A stretch of DNA of 64,000 nucleotides from Antedon mediterranea (Eukaryota; Animalia; Echinodermata): NCBI RefSeq assembly GCF_964355755.1, contig NC_092674.1, forward strand, positions 2,046,001 to 2,110,000. The letters run 5' to 3'. Below are positions 37,801 to 52,800 of the stretch, one piece after another. The position numbers and the translations under genes are program-made. The notes under the pieces are model-generated. The model did no database searches. It was given only the letters and a program-made list of their open reading frames with translations, and had not been told where the DNA came from. Each line of letters opens with the position of its first letter. Positions within the stretch are counted from its first letter, which is position 1.

Positions 37801-40800
37801 ACCTTCAATGAATTGTATGAATTCATGTTCTGATAAACTAGAATTTATTAGTCTATTAGTCGTGCCTAGCTTACCTGGATAAACCAACAATAGGCTTTCT
37901 CCTCGAAGAGAAATGTAGAAGATTTCATTGAATCCCCCCTCCACAAATGGTATAGTACATAAACTATGGCCTCAAGTGGGAACCTGCCCACAAACCACCA
38001 TCATTTTAATTTTTTATTAATTTTTAAGAACTAGATACTGTACTTGCAAGAAAAACTAAAATCATCACAAATTGTATATGACAGTAAAGGAACACAATAC
38101 AAACAACCACCATACTAAACCAGAAAGTTGTATGATGTAATTACACTACTGTATGACAGCAGAACCCTTCCTTTGGGACACCTCAAGGGGACACTTTCCT
38201 GTGATACGAATGAGGGAAACAAATGATATAGCACTACTGTATGCTTATCCCCTATTCAAAGAACACCTCTATTAAGGGGACACTTTCCTGTGATACGAAT
38301 GAGAGAAACAAATGATTTAGCACTACTGTATGCTTATCCCCTATTCAAGGAACACCTCTATATAAGGGGACACTTTCCTGTGATACGAATGAGGGGAACA
38401 AATGATATAGCACTACTGTATGCTTATCCCCTATTCAAGGAACACCTCTATTAAGGGGACACTTTCCTGTGATACGAATGAGGGGAACAAATGATTTAGC
38501 ACTACTGTATGCTTATCCCCTATTCAAGGAACACCTCTATTAAGGGGACACTTTCCTGTGATACGAATGAGGGAAACAAATGATATAGCACTACTGTATG
38601 CTTATCCCCTATTCAAGGAACACCTCTATTAAGGGGACACTTTCCTGTGATACGAATGAGGGAAACAAATGATATAGCACTACTGTATGCTTATCCCCTA
38701 TTCAAGGAACACCCCTATTAAGGGGACACTTTCCTGTGATACGAATGAGGGGAACAAATGATATAGCACTACTGTATGCGTATCCCCTATTCAAGGAACA
38801 CCCCTATTAAGGGGACACTTTCCTGTGATACGAATGAGGGGAACAAATGATATAGCACTACTGTATGCTTATCACCTATTCAAGGAACACATCTATTAAG
38901 GGGACACTTTCCTGTGATACGAATGAGGGGAACAAATGATTTAGCACTACTGTATGCTTATCCCCTATTCAAGGAACACCCCTATTAAGGGGACACTTTC
39001 CTGTGATACGAATGAGGGAAAAAAATGATATAGCACTACTGTATGCTTATCACCTATTCAAGGAACACCTCTATTAAGGGGACACTTTCCTGTGATACGA
39101 ATGAGAGAAACAAATGATATAGCACTACTGTATGCTTATCCCCTATTCAAGGAACACTTCTATTAAGGGGACACTTTCCTGTGATACGAATGAGAGAAAC
39201 AAATGATATAGCACTACTGTATGCTTATCCCCTATTCAAGGAACACCCCTATTAAGGGGACACTTTCCTGTGATACGAATGAGGGAAACAAATGATATAG
39301 CACTACTGTATGCTTATCACCTATTCAAGGAACACCTCTATTAAGGGGACACTTTCCTGTGATACGAATTAGGGGAACAAATGATTTAGCACTACTGTAT
39401 GCTTATCCCCTATTCAAGGAACACCCCTATTAAGGAGACACTTTCCTGTGATACGAATTAGGGGAACAAATGATATAGCACTACTGTATGCTTATCCCCT
39501 ATTCAAGGAACACCCCTATTAAGGGGATATTATTTTGGGTCCCAAAGGTGTCCTCTTAATAAGTTGGGGTTCTACTATAAGTCCTAAAAAATGTTTTTCA
39601 AATCATGTTATTGAAAAGACACTTTACTAATCCTATAAAAGCCTAAAATATTAGACTATGTTTTTGTCATATACCAGGGAAAAATTTCATTTGAAAATTG
39701 CTAATCAAACTGATTTTTTAGTCAAGAAACATATTTTTGTATTGTATTTTTTGCTACACAATTGTAGAAATGTGTAGCAAAAAGGTTGTTTTGTATAGCT
39801 TTTTGCTATGCTACACTGGCGAAATTATTCCCTGTATACTGTAACTGTCTTATCCACACCATAATTTTGAAGTAAACAATAGTTTAATTGTAAGGATTAC
39901 TATTTTATAAATTAATTGATAAGATATTAATATTGTTTTATTCAAAAATATTATACTGTAATACTGTACACTGTATGAATTTCAGTAAACCAAGTATAGT
40001 CATTGATATTGTTCTAGAAACTTTACAGAAATATTATAAAGTTCTTGTTGGTGTCGTTGGTGACCTAAAAAACTAAAGGTCATTAGATGACATTTACTGC
40101 ACTAATAAGTACCAGGCTGTTCAAATAAGCAGAATTATTCTATAGATTATTATCAAGCAATTGTTTAAATTGTTTGTGAAAGTTTTTCATGGAATCTGTT
40201 AATTATCATTCCAATCATCTTTTTATTTATTACAGACATTTCAGAATTGTTTAAAAGGACAAAATTTCACTCCCAAAGACTTATTATGTAGAGCATATTG
40301 TGTATATGTTTGTCTTAAGAACCACTGAGGGTCCCTAATGATCAGCAATTGCTGGATGGATCACCCTTATTAAATATGGTTAAAAAAATACATTACAGTA
40401 CTATACTGTAGTACAGTAGGTTACCTGACCATAACAATCTGTCTAAATTATCAAACTCTATGTGACAACAAAATGTGATGTGCCCATATATGGACATGAT
40501 GATGTCATATCACTGCCATATTTAAGCATACTGTATCACTACCATATTTGGGCACATCACACTTTTTTTTTCTGGTTTTCAGTTATGACCTTATTAAAAC
40601 TTCTTTACAATGCATCCTTTTTCAACACTTTGTTGAATCTTTTATTGTGTGAATGTAACAATAAAATATGAAAATAAACAATCGCTGAATTGTCATTCAA
40701 GTTATATTCGTTGGTTTCTGTTCCTTTTTAAAATGTTTTTTCGTATAAACTTCCTGGTTGTGTTTATAATGTGTTTTTACTATTATAAAAAGAAATTTGA

Positions 40801-43800
40801 ACAATTAAATCAGCATTTACATACATGTATCTACGCAAGTACAGTAGTGAACAAAAGGAGGTTCGGTGAAAATATTTGTGCAATCAATACGAATACAATA
40901 CTACGTACATTTTAATGTCTAAAGCTCTGTCTACACTATCAAACTAATTTGACAAAAAAAGTGTTATGTGCCCAAATATGGTAATGAATTGTTTAAATAT
41001 GGTAGTGATATGTCTAAATATGGTAGTGATATGTCTAAATATGGCAGTGATATGATGTCATCACACATGGGCCGGGCTTAACAGCTTACTACATGTATAC
41101 TAATGTTCTTTTTTGTCAAGAGCAAAAATGTAAATACTGCCCTCTGGAACCTTTCCAAACTTGTAACTTTAAATATTTGTTGTTTGCTGCCCTCATGGGT
41201 GTTTTTTCATTTTTCATTCTCATTGCTTTTGTTGATAACGTTTATTAATGATATTTGAAATCTGAAAATTCCTTTTCAACAAAATTAGTTGGTACCAAGA
41301 ATCTATAAATGTTTGCATGGATTTTTCAGATTCAAAAGTACTTTTGGTGTTTTTTTTTAGTGTTGCCGTATAAAAAATTATGGAATATCAATTTTTAATA
41401 TGGATAATTGGCTCAAAGCAGCAAGGTACAGAAATGAAGATGATTCTAAATCTAATAATTTAAATCTAATATTATATGCAACCTAGTGTAACAAAATATT
41501 AATCTATTTTTATATGTTTGTATATATAATATTCATGCACTACACAATTTTTTAATGTAGTATATTTCACAGAAACCCGTCAAACAATTCATGATATGAT
41601 AGTGATACATACTAAGAATATTTAATTGTCATTTAAAAAATTGTAATAACAAGATTTGTCTTTGTAAAAAACAAAGAAATGTTATCTATCGGTTTTCTGG
41701 TCTGGTTGACTCTCAAAATAAATTGTTGAATGTTTATTATAAAGTTTGTTTTTGCAAGAAGTAGAGCGTTTAATGTTTGTTGAGTTCATTTTTGTTTTAT
41801 TTATGTCAGCTTTTATCAATTTGTATTTTAAGTGGTTGGCAGTTCATGTTGTAAAATAAACATACCTTATCTCCTTCATTGGTTGCTGATAACATTTGAA
41901 ACAGTAGCAGATATTTTTTGAGTGACATCAACAGACAGACAAACGTTATCTCTTCTGATATGATTTGTATTATTAACAACTGTTAAACAACGATGCTTGT
42001 TTAAATTCTAAACATACCCATCTGAGAGTTAGTCATGATTGGTCCTCTGCTTGGCTCTCAAATCATTATTACACCATAATAACTCATAAGGATGTTTTAA
42101 AAAAAATACTTCCACTTTTAATGGAGTTCGGTGAACGAGTCAAACAAATTTATCACCCTTGTGCTTTGAGAAATATTATCTTTGTGTTTTACTGGATGTT
42201 TCATGGTTACTGCACTGGAATCTTCTTCTTGGCTGAGGTGTTGTCTAGGATTGTAGGCCTACTACACTAGTAGCATACCTCTGGCAGCTGACTGCAGCTA
42301 TCATATTCCGAGGGTTCAAGCAGTTGGGTGTACAATCCTATTTTGGAGCTAAGCCTCCATTGGAATAAACAAGTACTGTAGACAACACTGTTTTAATTTG
42401 AGTGAATTTAAAAACCATCTTTGAGATGTTTATAAATGCCTAGTTCCTTTTGAATGCTTAAGACTACTGCTATAAGAGGAGTCATCTATGTGGATTATAC
42501 GTAGAATACCTAGGCCTAGTTGTTTATGTGTAAACACCAACACAGGAGACAAACGCTCATCATTCTATTATGAAAGTAAGTCTGAATTTATATTAAAGTT
42601 TAATCAACTTACCGACTACCAAAAACTAATGGACTTCTGACTTTAAAAAAGCAAGGATTAGAAAAGAGGACTTCTTCATAGTTTTTGGAGTTATGATTAC
42701 ATTTTTAAATAAAAATTAATGGTACATCATTGGGATGATCCCACTAGACTGTACCATTTTCACCTTGGGGTATTCAACTAAAAATTCATCTTTTTGTGTT
42801 GGTTTGCATTTAAATATGTACGATTTATATATATTGTTGGATATGTTGAATTTCGTCATCACAATTGATATTGATAAAAACCAATTGTTTCCACCTTGGT
42901 TTAAATATACAGTATATTTGCCTTCAATATTTATACAAATATATATTTAGAGGTTTAGTAACTAATTTATAATTAATTTCAGCTTTGTGATCACCTTTGT
43001 ACTTGAAATGTGTTTAAATTATTAGTCATAGATAGTTTCCAAGAAGTCAGGTCTGTCATTTTTGTATGAATTAAACCTCCTTATTTATATTATATTATTT
43101 AGACATTTTTGCATTAGTTGTATAGATGCCAAGTTGTAGGTTTCACCTGCTCCTCCATGTGTTTTGGGCTGCTCCTCCGTGTGTTTTGGGCTGCTCCTCC
43201 ATGTGTTTTTGGCTGCTCCTCCATGTGTTTTGGGCTGCTCCTCCATGTGTTTTGGGCTGCTCCTCCATGTGTTTTGGGCTGCTCCTCCGTGTGTTTTGGG
43301 CTGCTCCTCCGTGTGTTTTGGGCTGCTCCTCCATGTGTTTTGGGCTGCTCCTCCGTGTGTTTTGGGCTGCTCCTCCATGTGTTTTGGGTTGCATTTAACT
43401 GTTTATTTTGTCATTTTATTTAAGGGAAAACATTTTTCGGGGGTTTTTTTTATGGAAATGATTAACTTTGTTAAAACTACACTACATGTCCTGATTATGT
43501 TTTTGGGAGAAAATTCATCATCTGATTCTTCTGACTTTCCAACTAAAGCTCTGTTCACAAACTTTATGTGACAAATAAATGTGATGTGCCCATTATATGG
43601 ACATGATGATGTCATATAACTACCATATTTGGGAATATTGCTACCATATTTTGGCCCATCACACTTTTTTGTCACACACACTTTATTAGTGTAGACCGCT
43701 GGTATAGACCATGGACAGAGCTTTAGAATAAAACTTTTCATTTTCTTGCATCATAATCATCTTCAAGTCAATTCTCTTTTGGTAAAGAATATCACTATCT

Positions 43801-46800
43801 TGTTGAATGAAACATATACCTTGTGAAGCGTTCGTTCATCGTCATAGCCTTTGGGAATATTCCATAATGTTTGTTTATTTATAATTATACACTATTCATT
43901 AAAAGAACTCGGGTGTTGAGTAGGAAATTGCTTTCTGGTTAATTGTCTGGAAAAATGAAGACTAGGCAGTAAGAAGGTGTTGAATTCTATAATAATGAGT
44001 TCAGCTGGAATTGTATCATAACAAACTAATTTATTTAAAGATGTATTGTCCCCAAAAACATGAAAAATAAAGATTGATAAAATCAGACTTTGAAATAAGG
44101 TCATTTTGCAGGTTTAATAAAGTTATTCACTTCTGTAGAAAATTATTTTACTTAAAAAGACAAAAGAAACGGTTAATTTTAACCAAAAACCATTGTCTAA
44201 AGTATTTTTTGCTTTCAAATTAATTTTTTTCAGGAAAAAAATGTTGGTTCGATCCAGTTTTTGGTCAAAGTGAATAACTATTATGTGACATTAAAATGGC
44301 ATATTAAAAAAAATTGGAAAAAAAACCCAATGTTGTAGGGGACAATATATCTTTAAACTTTTCATCCTTATTTTTGATGTGGTTCATCTTTATGTGTATA
44401 TTTTAATATTGTATAAATAATTTGACTTTCTTCATATCAAATCAAGACCAGATACAGTAGAATTTTGAAACCATGCTTAAACTACTGTACACTTAAACTA
44501 CTGTACACTTAAACTACTGTACACTTAGGGCCTGTTTCTATTGAAAAATAAAAAAAGAACGGTTTTTTGGAAACCGGTTTCGGCTGTTGTTTATAAATAA
44601 AGATCGCGTTGCAGCTCAATTTTTACTCCAATAAAACCGGTTCCGTCCATGTGCGTTCGTTATGAATGACGTCATTATATACACCACAATGCAGTTCGTT
44701 AGGCGGAAGTGCGATTTGATCGAGGTCATGTTTACTTTTTTTCGCATAGCGCGATCCCCAAGAAATAGCATCCATTTCATCATAGAAGGGGGAATTATTA
44801 CCTGAAACGTTATTGTGGTCCTTGGTTAAAGTATAGGTAGGCCTACGTTGCACCCTCTGATATTGTCAAGTTGAACTCGTCTATTTTTCACACGCTTTAC
44901 AATATTCTTAAAAACATGTAGGCCTATTAATTATACGCGAGTCTTTCTTCCGACTCCCGACAAGTCCCCTCATCTTCTTTCCTTCACATATTTTTTACGA
45001 ACCTCGTAATAGCATCGGTCAACATTTTTTAGTTAAATAAAATACTCACTATCTAGAGAAATAAAAATGACTTAGGCCTAGGTCCTATCGCGCGAGTTTG
45101 ACTGCGAGTTGACCGCAATCATCCCAGTGCAGCAGACTGCAGAGTTCAGTTTTGGGGTCAAATTGAGACCGCGATTGTGTTGCAGCTAAAAATTGCTCCG
45201 CGGAAACCGGTTTCAGAACGGTTCTTTGCGATCGAGACCGCAATCAATTGGGGTTTTTGAAACCGTTTTTAAGATCGGTTCTTTTTTGTGGTTTTTTGTG
45301 GGGACCCATTTCTGCTGGCAAGAAAAAACGGTTCTTGAAAAGAACGGTATTCAAAACCGTATTCTCTGCTCTATAGAAACAGGCCCTTAAACTAGAAAGA
45401 GAGATGATAAATGTGAGATTGATGAGTCACGGGAGACAACAGATTATTAATAAATCAAACTACAGCATTATGATAGTTTTATTTACTAAAGTGGTACAGT
45501 TACAGTACAATACAAGATACAAGATTTATAATATGATAGAGATATCATATTTATTGGGTTTTTTTTCGTGATGCTATAAATAATACAGTATACAAATTAT
45601 AAAAAACAGACAAAACCTAAAAACAATTAAAACATTATGTATTGCACAAGGAACCATTTTATTCATTCTTTTCATTATCTTCTATTGATATACAAAATAA
45701 AACAATTAGATCAAAACTTAGAGATTAAAATGAAATAGTACCTGTATTACAGTACATGGTTGTTGTGGGTGAATGAATTTCTTAATCTATTAGTACTATA
45801 TTTTTTACAATAAAGTAGAGAGTAGAAATACTTATAGGTTGGAAATGAAAAGTTGGGTTTTGGATATATAATATTATTAGTATCTGAACTGTTTAAACAT
45901 AGTATTCTTTTCTTTACAGGATCTCCAGGATCAACGAATTCAGCCAACAAAGGAGCGTCGCCCTCATCGAACGAAGAAAAATCGCAGTACCATGCTCAGG
46001 TACAGTATAAACATCAAAATTCCATTTCTAAACTTAATGAATTAAATCAGGTAGAACAAAGTATTTATACTTAATGCTTAAACATTGTGAACTCATTACA
46101 ATATTTTTTTGAGAAAATAATGATAAAATAATGTAAATATTAGATTTGAAATTGATAGTTTTGTGACAACTAAAATCCTTTGTATTGTACTCGTACATAA
46201 TTTACTAGATGTACGAAGCGTGCACGGAATAAAATTATCCCGATTGCAAATGAACCTTAGCGAGTGTAATGCTAACATTTCTTAGGCCTGTGTAAAGGAT
46301 TAATAGGAAGACAGATGTTGTACTAAAGAATGCATAGCTAGCTCAGCCTACAGCTGGCTCACAATAACTTGTTTACATCATCTCATTAAAACATTGTAAG
46401 CGTCGGATTCATTGGCTTTATTCCGCTCTTGATTGTCGGTTTTAACAAGGTTTCTATTGCTTCAGACCCAAACCATTGTGCTTTTTGATTTTGAATTGAA
46501 TATATTGGAAAATTCAGCATGAGTATCTAGTATACTTGAATTTGAAAGATCTTAATACTGGTTTTAAATTGAAACTGCATCTTGTTGAAGTTTTGGTAAA
46601 TGATTTTGAATTCAATATCTGGTCATAATCAGCGTGGAGTCTTGCATACTGTACTTAAATTTAAATATTCTAATCTTAAAATCTGATGCTTAAAAGACCA
46701 CCATATTACTGGATTTATGGGGCCGTGTTTATCTTACAGAAGGTGCCAAAAAAAATATGTAAGTTTTCCTAATTTTGAAAATTGAAATAATATTGATATG

Positions 46801-49800
46801 ATTTTTGTTTTATTTTATGAATAATTGTTTTTTCTTTCTTGCAGGTCATAGAAAGTTTAATTGAAACTGAGAAGCAACATTATAATGATATACAAAATTT
46901 ATTGACAAATATTTTAAAACCGTTAGAAGCTACAGAGAAGTAAGTCATAACTTTATTCATTTATTTTTCTGTTACATAATTGTGTCATTTATGCTTGGGT
47001 AAACACATAAAAAATCAACTCCTAGAGAATTAAAACAAACTCCAAAATTAATGTGTGACTAACATATGTTCTCAGAAAGATCTATTTCGTGCCTAGCCTA
47101 CCTGGATAAACCAACAATAGCCCATGCTCTCCAGAAGGAGGGCATTAATAAACTGTTAAAATTCTTTGAGCACCCCTCTACCATGGACCTAGTTTATAGG
47201 TCCATGCCTCTACCATATCGTTTCCATTCATATACTGTTTGCTAATTCTTGTTCTTTTTACTTGGTTGTGTAGGCTAAGCCCAGTTGAATATGCCACTTT
47301 AAAAGGCAACATCGACAAGTTCTTGCCCTTCCATCAATCACTCAAGAAAGTTATCGAAGAAAACGCACTGTAAGTAAAATGCAATATAAATTCTTTATGT
47401 GCTGTCTAGGTTTTTATACATACATTTTTTTGGCAATATTGTTTTTTTTTACACAAAATTTGGCCACTAGTTGTAAACCTGGTCAGTATTTTTGTATAAT
47501 TTAGAAATAAAGAGGATAATAATAAAATCCAACATTGGTACTTGGATATTAAAATAAATATGTATTCTGGTTAGTTTACATTAGATATAGATTACAAACA
47601 TATGAATTCTATTACAACTGGAATACCCTGTACTGTACATGCTAAACTGGACAAATTAAAAAACAAATTGAAATGATGGTTAGTTTTGAGACTGTATAGT
47701 ATTAGTCTCAGCGAAAGACCAAAAGGAAAACCACAAAAAAACATGGATGACAAACCTCAAAAAGGAAAGAAAACCTTTCACATGCTTTCTGATAAACGTA
47801 CTGAGTGGTGAACACAAGTGAGACGCACAATGTCTAACAACTATTAGTGTTTAAGATGATGAAGATGATAATATTAGTAGAGTGTTGATATATTATTGAT
47901 AGTACATTAGTTCTGAAAAGAACTGTTGAGTTCCTCGACATTTCAATCAATAGGGTTTGATCGTCCTCAGGAGTGAGAATTTAGAGTAAGGTGCTTAATA
48001 ATTATTCTCTATTCAACTCATATAATGCACAAGTAAAACAAAAGAACCTGTAATTACATTTTGCTTACAGAGTTATAGTCTCTCGAAAGATGAGAAGAAA
48101 GTAAGTCTATTCATATCAAGCTTTTTGTATCATTATTTTATATATTTTTATTATATATAAGCTCTGTTCACACTATAAAACTTATATGGTACTGATATGA
48201 TGTCATCATATCCATATATGGGCACATTGCATTTTTTTCCACATAACGTTTAATAGTGTAGACAGAGCTTTAGTGTTCACCCCTTCCAATATCAATGTAC
48301 AAAACTATTTTTCCAATATTGTAGCACAACAGGGTTTTTGCACATGAAAGCATTTTTTCTAGAAAGATCAGCCTGATTGATATTAATTTGTTTATTGGTG
48401 CAAGAAAAGTAAAATTTAAACCTTAGTCAAGATATTTCTGACCTATGCTATTACAGTGTGTCTACCTAATTTTCTCTAAAATTTAGTTAAAATGTAGTGG
48501 CAAAAAAAAATTAGACTAAAAAGATTTAGAATAAATTTACCAGAAACATTCCAAAATTACCATAAGTTCTAAAAAGATCAAAATCAATCATTTTCCTATG
48601 CTTATATATACCGTACTGACGCGGGTATAAGCCCACCCCCCTCGAACATGAAATCACGTCAAGTTTGGGGGGTGGGCTTATACCCGAGGATCCAAAAATG
48701 CAGATCGTCAAAAACAGCACATGTACACTGTGTATTCCACCATGCGAGCGAGCGCCCTCACGTGTACGACGTTGACTCTAAATACACGAGGTGTAGAGTG
48801 TCGGAAAATTAAGTTTATAGTTCGTGTAATTAATATCGTAGAATATCTTATTTTAAACATCAATTTAACAAGAATTTATCAAGCAGAAAAGCAAGTATAC
48901 AATGTTCGTTAAATAGAAATGTACCAAAGAAATTTAATAAGCTTGTTTATGGCAGCCGATACCAAATAGTGGTTTTCCCGTTTTGGCGACTTGTAGCGTC
49001 GTGTGTGAAGCGATCTTCGACCGCGATGGAGTGTAAACAAAACAGGACCGCTAGGCCTCATATGGCCTAGCGTATATTAGCCTAGCTTGGTTATGATCAA
49101 AGGTAGGTGTATTCGGTGTATGGACGTCGCCAAATACAAAATAATGTATTACGACACGCACTGTTGATCTTCGAATTAATGGGTGGGCTTATACCCGAGT
49201 GCCTCATTTTTCATGAAAATTAGTCAAAAGTCGGGGGTGGGCTTATACCCGAGTATGGGCTTATACCCGCGTCAGTACGGTAAATATAATGGTCTTTTCT
49301 TTATCCTTAATCGTTATCAGCAGTCAAAGTTTATTTGTATTTTAGTTGTAAAATGTTTATTTGGTTATTGTCAACATTGTGGCATGCTGTGTTATACGTT
49401 GTACATAAGCTCCCTTACCACTTGCATTTTTAGCGTTTTCTCGTCTTTTCTACCAATAGATTTTTTAAATTCCTAGTGCATCACATTTTAGGCCACAGCA
49501 TGACTACTTCACCTCAAATTCTATACTTTTGTATTTATGCAGCTAAACAGAATTTACTAAATGCGGCCTAATCCTAAACTCAACTCAAACCAAACTAGAA
49601 ACCGGGAAAAAAAAAAAAAAAATTTGACTTGGTTTAATCCTCTTCAGCTCTGTCTATACTATCAAACTAGTTTGACAAAAAAAAAGTGATGTGCCCAAAT
49701 ATGGTAGTGATATGCTTAAATATGGTGGTAATGATATGACATCATCATGTCCATAAATATATATATCACTGTTTTTTTCACATAAAGTTTGATAGTGTGG

Positions 49801-52800
49801 ACAGAGCTTAAGAAGACCAGAATTGTTGTATTCGCATTGGTTGTATACCCAGGGATCCCAAATTCTATTGTGCCACTTAAAGGCAGTTGCAACAACAGAG
49901 GAAATCATTGAATTGTCTTCCACGCCATCAAATATTTGCTTTTAGTTGAGTTGAGAACCTGCTCAGTTTAAACGAAAATTAAATGCACCTAATTTTAAAG
50001 CAACATTTTGCCATCACTACTGACACACTTTAAGTAATGCCCAGGCTAAATTCTGCTTTACTGCACAAAAGCATTCAACTCCATTGGTTCAGAAAATGAG
50101 CGTAGAATTCTGAGTTGATTAATAGTTGTGTTGTGGTATTTCAGATGAGAAAATTTAAATTTTTACTTTTTGGTTATGTTCTCCCCTTGAAGGGAAAAAG
50201 GCCTACGCCGGTTCATCCAGGTAAGCTAGTCACTAATAAATAGACCATGATTTTTTTTTTATGACTTTGTCAGAAAAAATAGGTTTTTAGAATTTGCTGA
50301 GCTGATTTGATTTAGTTTATTTAACAGTTAGACTATTCCATTAAGAAAAAAAAAAATCTTCTATTAGTATTACACTAAGTACACCGACCAAACTTAAATA
50401 CCCACTAAGCTTGAATTTACTATGTTAAGTACATTCTCATAGTGAGCAAGGCATTGTACTGTACATGCTGATTGTGAACAAATTGTGCTCACCAAAAAAA
50501 TCAAATGCACCAAATTCTGTAGTGTAACTGTGTCTCCACCGTCTGTCCAGTATCTAAAGCTCTGTCTACACTATTAAACTAGTTTGACAAAGAAAGTGTG
50601 ATGTGCCCAAATATGGTATTGGTATGACAACATCGTGTCCATATATGGGCAGTTTGACAGTGTAGACAGAGCTTTAGGTAAATACAGTCACATGTGATCA
50701 CATGTGACACCCTAATGATAATAGGAAAGTTACAGATACAGTAATGATAATCGGCTAGCACGTGAACAGGATGTTGATTCATATTGTGAACAGTGTTGCA
50801 TGTGCTACACCTTGTTTTAATATACAGTATTGTATTTTCCAATTTTAATTGTAATTTTCATATCTATTTTATTTAAATGCTGCATGAAATTTTTTTAAGT
50901 ACTGGTTCTTTGATTTTTTGTGTTAAACTGTTTTTGTAGTTTTTATCATTAAAAAAAACAAAAATAATTCATATAAAAAAAAATAGTGTATTTAAATAAA
51001 CAAATAGCAAATAGCTAAAGCTCCACACTATCAAATTTTATGTGACAAAAAAAATGTGATGTGCCCATATATGGAAGTGATATGCACAAATATTGTAGTG
51101 ATATGACATCATCATGTCCATATATGGGACATCACATTTTTTTGTCACATACATTTGATAGTGCAGACAGAGATTAACATGTATTCTTCTAGTCACAGCA
51201 AACGTCCCCTTAACATGTATTGCCTCGTTTCACAAAAAAAGTTTTTCCTTAATACTAAGGGATTCCCCTGAATAAAGGTGTCCCGAACACCAGTTGTTTT
51301 ATTTGTTTGAACATTAATAATACTGTCATGTTCTATTGCTACATTCTAATTTGTGCCGCATTGCTTTTCTTTCAGATCAGACACAAAACAACGAATAGGA
51401 CAGTGTTTTATCAAAGCAGCAGCTGACTACAAGGCTATCTATTCAACTTATTGTGCAAATCATCCCAAAGCAGTTGCTGTACTTACGCAACATGGGTAAA
51501 ATAGTTTTTAATCATTTCAGCCACATTCAAATTTAGCGATAACCCGGTATACAGTAGCCGAGAAGTTAAACCAGGGGTAGTTCAAACCAAATCCAAGGTA
51601 TAAGGCTCTCCTCAACCATAGTCCTGATGCTAGAGTAAGGTTTACCCCCAGTGTTCTGGTACATCTTAGCCCTTGTGGTGTGGACAGAAAAGAGAACCAT
51701 TTGGTGGTAGCTCTACATAAAGAGATCTGTAGAAAGAATAAAATTTGTTTTATTTGTAACATGTTTTGGGCTACTGTACTTACATGTATGTGGGCTAGTT
51801 AGATCTGATAAAATGAAAAATCAAGGCAACAAGTTATCATTCTGTACTAGCGTATTATGGCAAAAAACTACGGTAGAATTATCTTAAACAGCAATCTACT
51901 ATACTAATGAGTCTTTTTTTCGAATTATTCCTTAACTAGTATTAAGCTCTGTCTACACTATAAAACTAGTTTGACCAAAAAAAAGTGTGATTTGCCCAAA
52001 TATGGTAGGGATATGCCCAAATATAGTAGTGACGTCACATCATCATGTCCATATATGGGCACATAAAGTTTAAATCTGCCCAATTTACATTTATGTTCTA
52101 CTTTTTGAAAGAGAATTCTGCAAAAATCTTTTGAAATGTTGTTTATGCTTTAGGATAGGTTGATATAATGACAATCTAATTGAATGTGAGCCATCATTTT
52201 ATATCCTAAATTCCTGATAGCTTTTGCTCCTGTTGATTTAATGTGCTATCTGTACGTCAATAAATCTTACAACATCTTGTGCTCGGTCTACTGCTCTGGA
52301 TGACCATGGAGGTATGAATACCTCCATGGGATGACACAAGAGAAAAATTTACAGAGTTAGAAACAGTTGATTGTTTGTTCAATTCCGACATTAGGACTAC
52401 TGTAATAACTTTTGAACAAATATGTAATAAAACATACACCGCTTCTTGTCATTAGTGATAGATTTTGAAATAAAGACCTTTGTGTTTTTGATTTATTGTT
52501 TCATGGTTGTAAATTGTTTAATTTATTACCAAAAAAAGTATCTACTGCCCTCTATTTCCTTTATTTCTTTAAAATTGTGAAGGTTTAAAGCCCTGTCTAC
52601 ACTATATAAACTAGTTTGACAAAAAAAAAGTGTGGTGTGCCCAAATATGGTAGTGATATGCTTAAATATAGTAGTGATATGACATCATCATGTCCATATA
52701 TGGGCACATTTTTTTGTCACATAAAGTTTGATAGTGTAAACAGAACTTTAAATAAACAAATATTTTATATTCAATTATTTCATTAAATTCTAGGGATGAG

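Noticed and set aside
32808-39577. Regular arrays (26, 19 and 89 bp) as CRISPR-like loci
   Set aside because: Head-to-tail units with no unique spacers, no cas genes, and a eukaryotic intron context.
43085-43571. Five overlapping ORFs of 83-135 aa
   Set aside because: Produced by a stop-poor 22-bp minisatellite.
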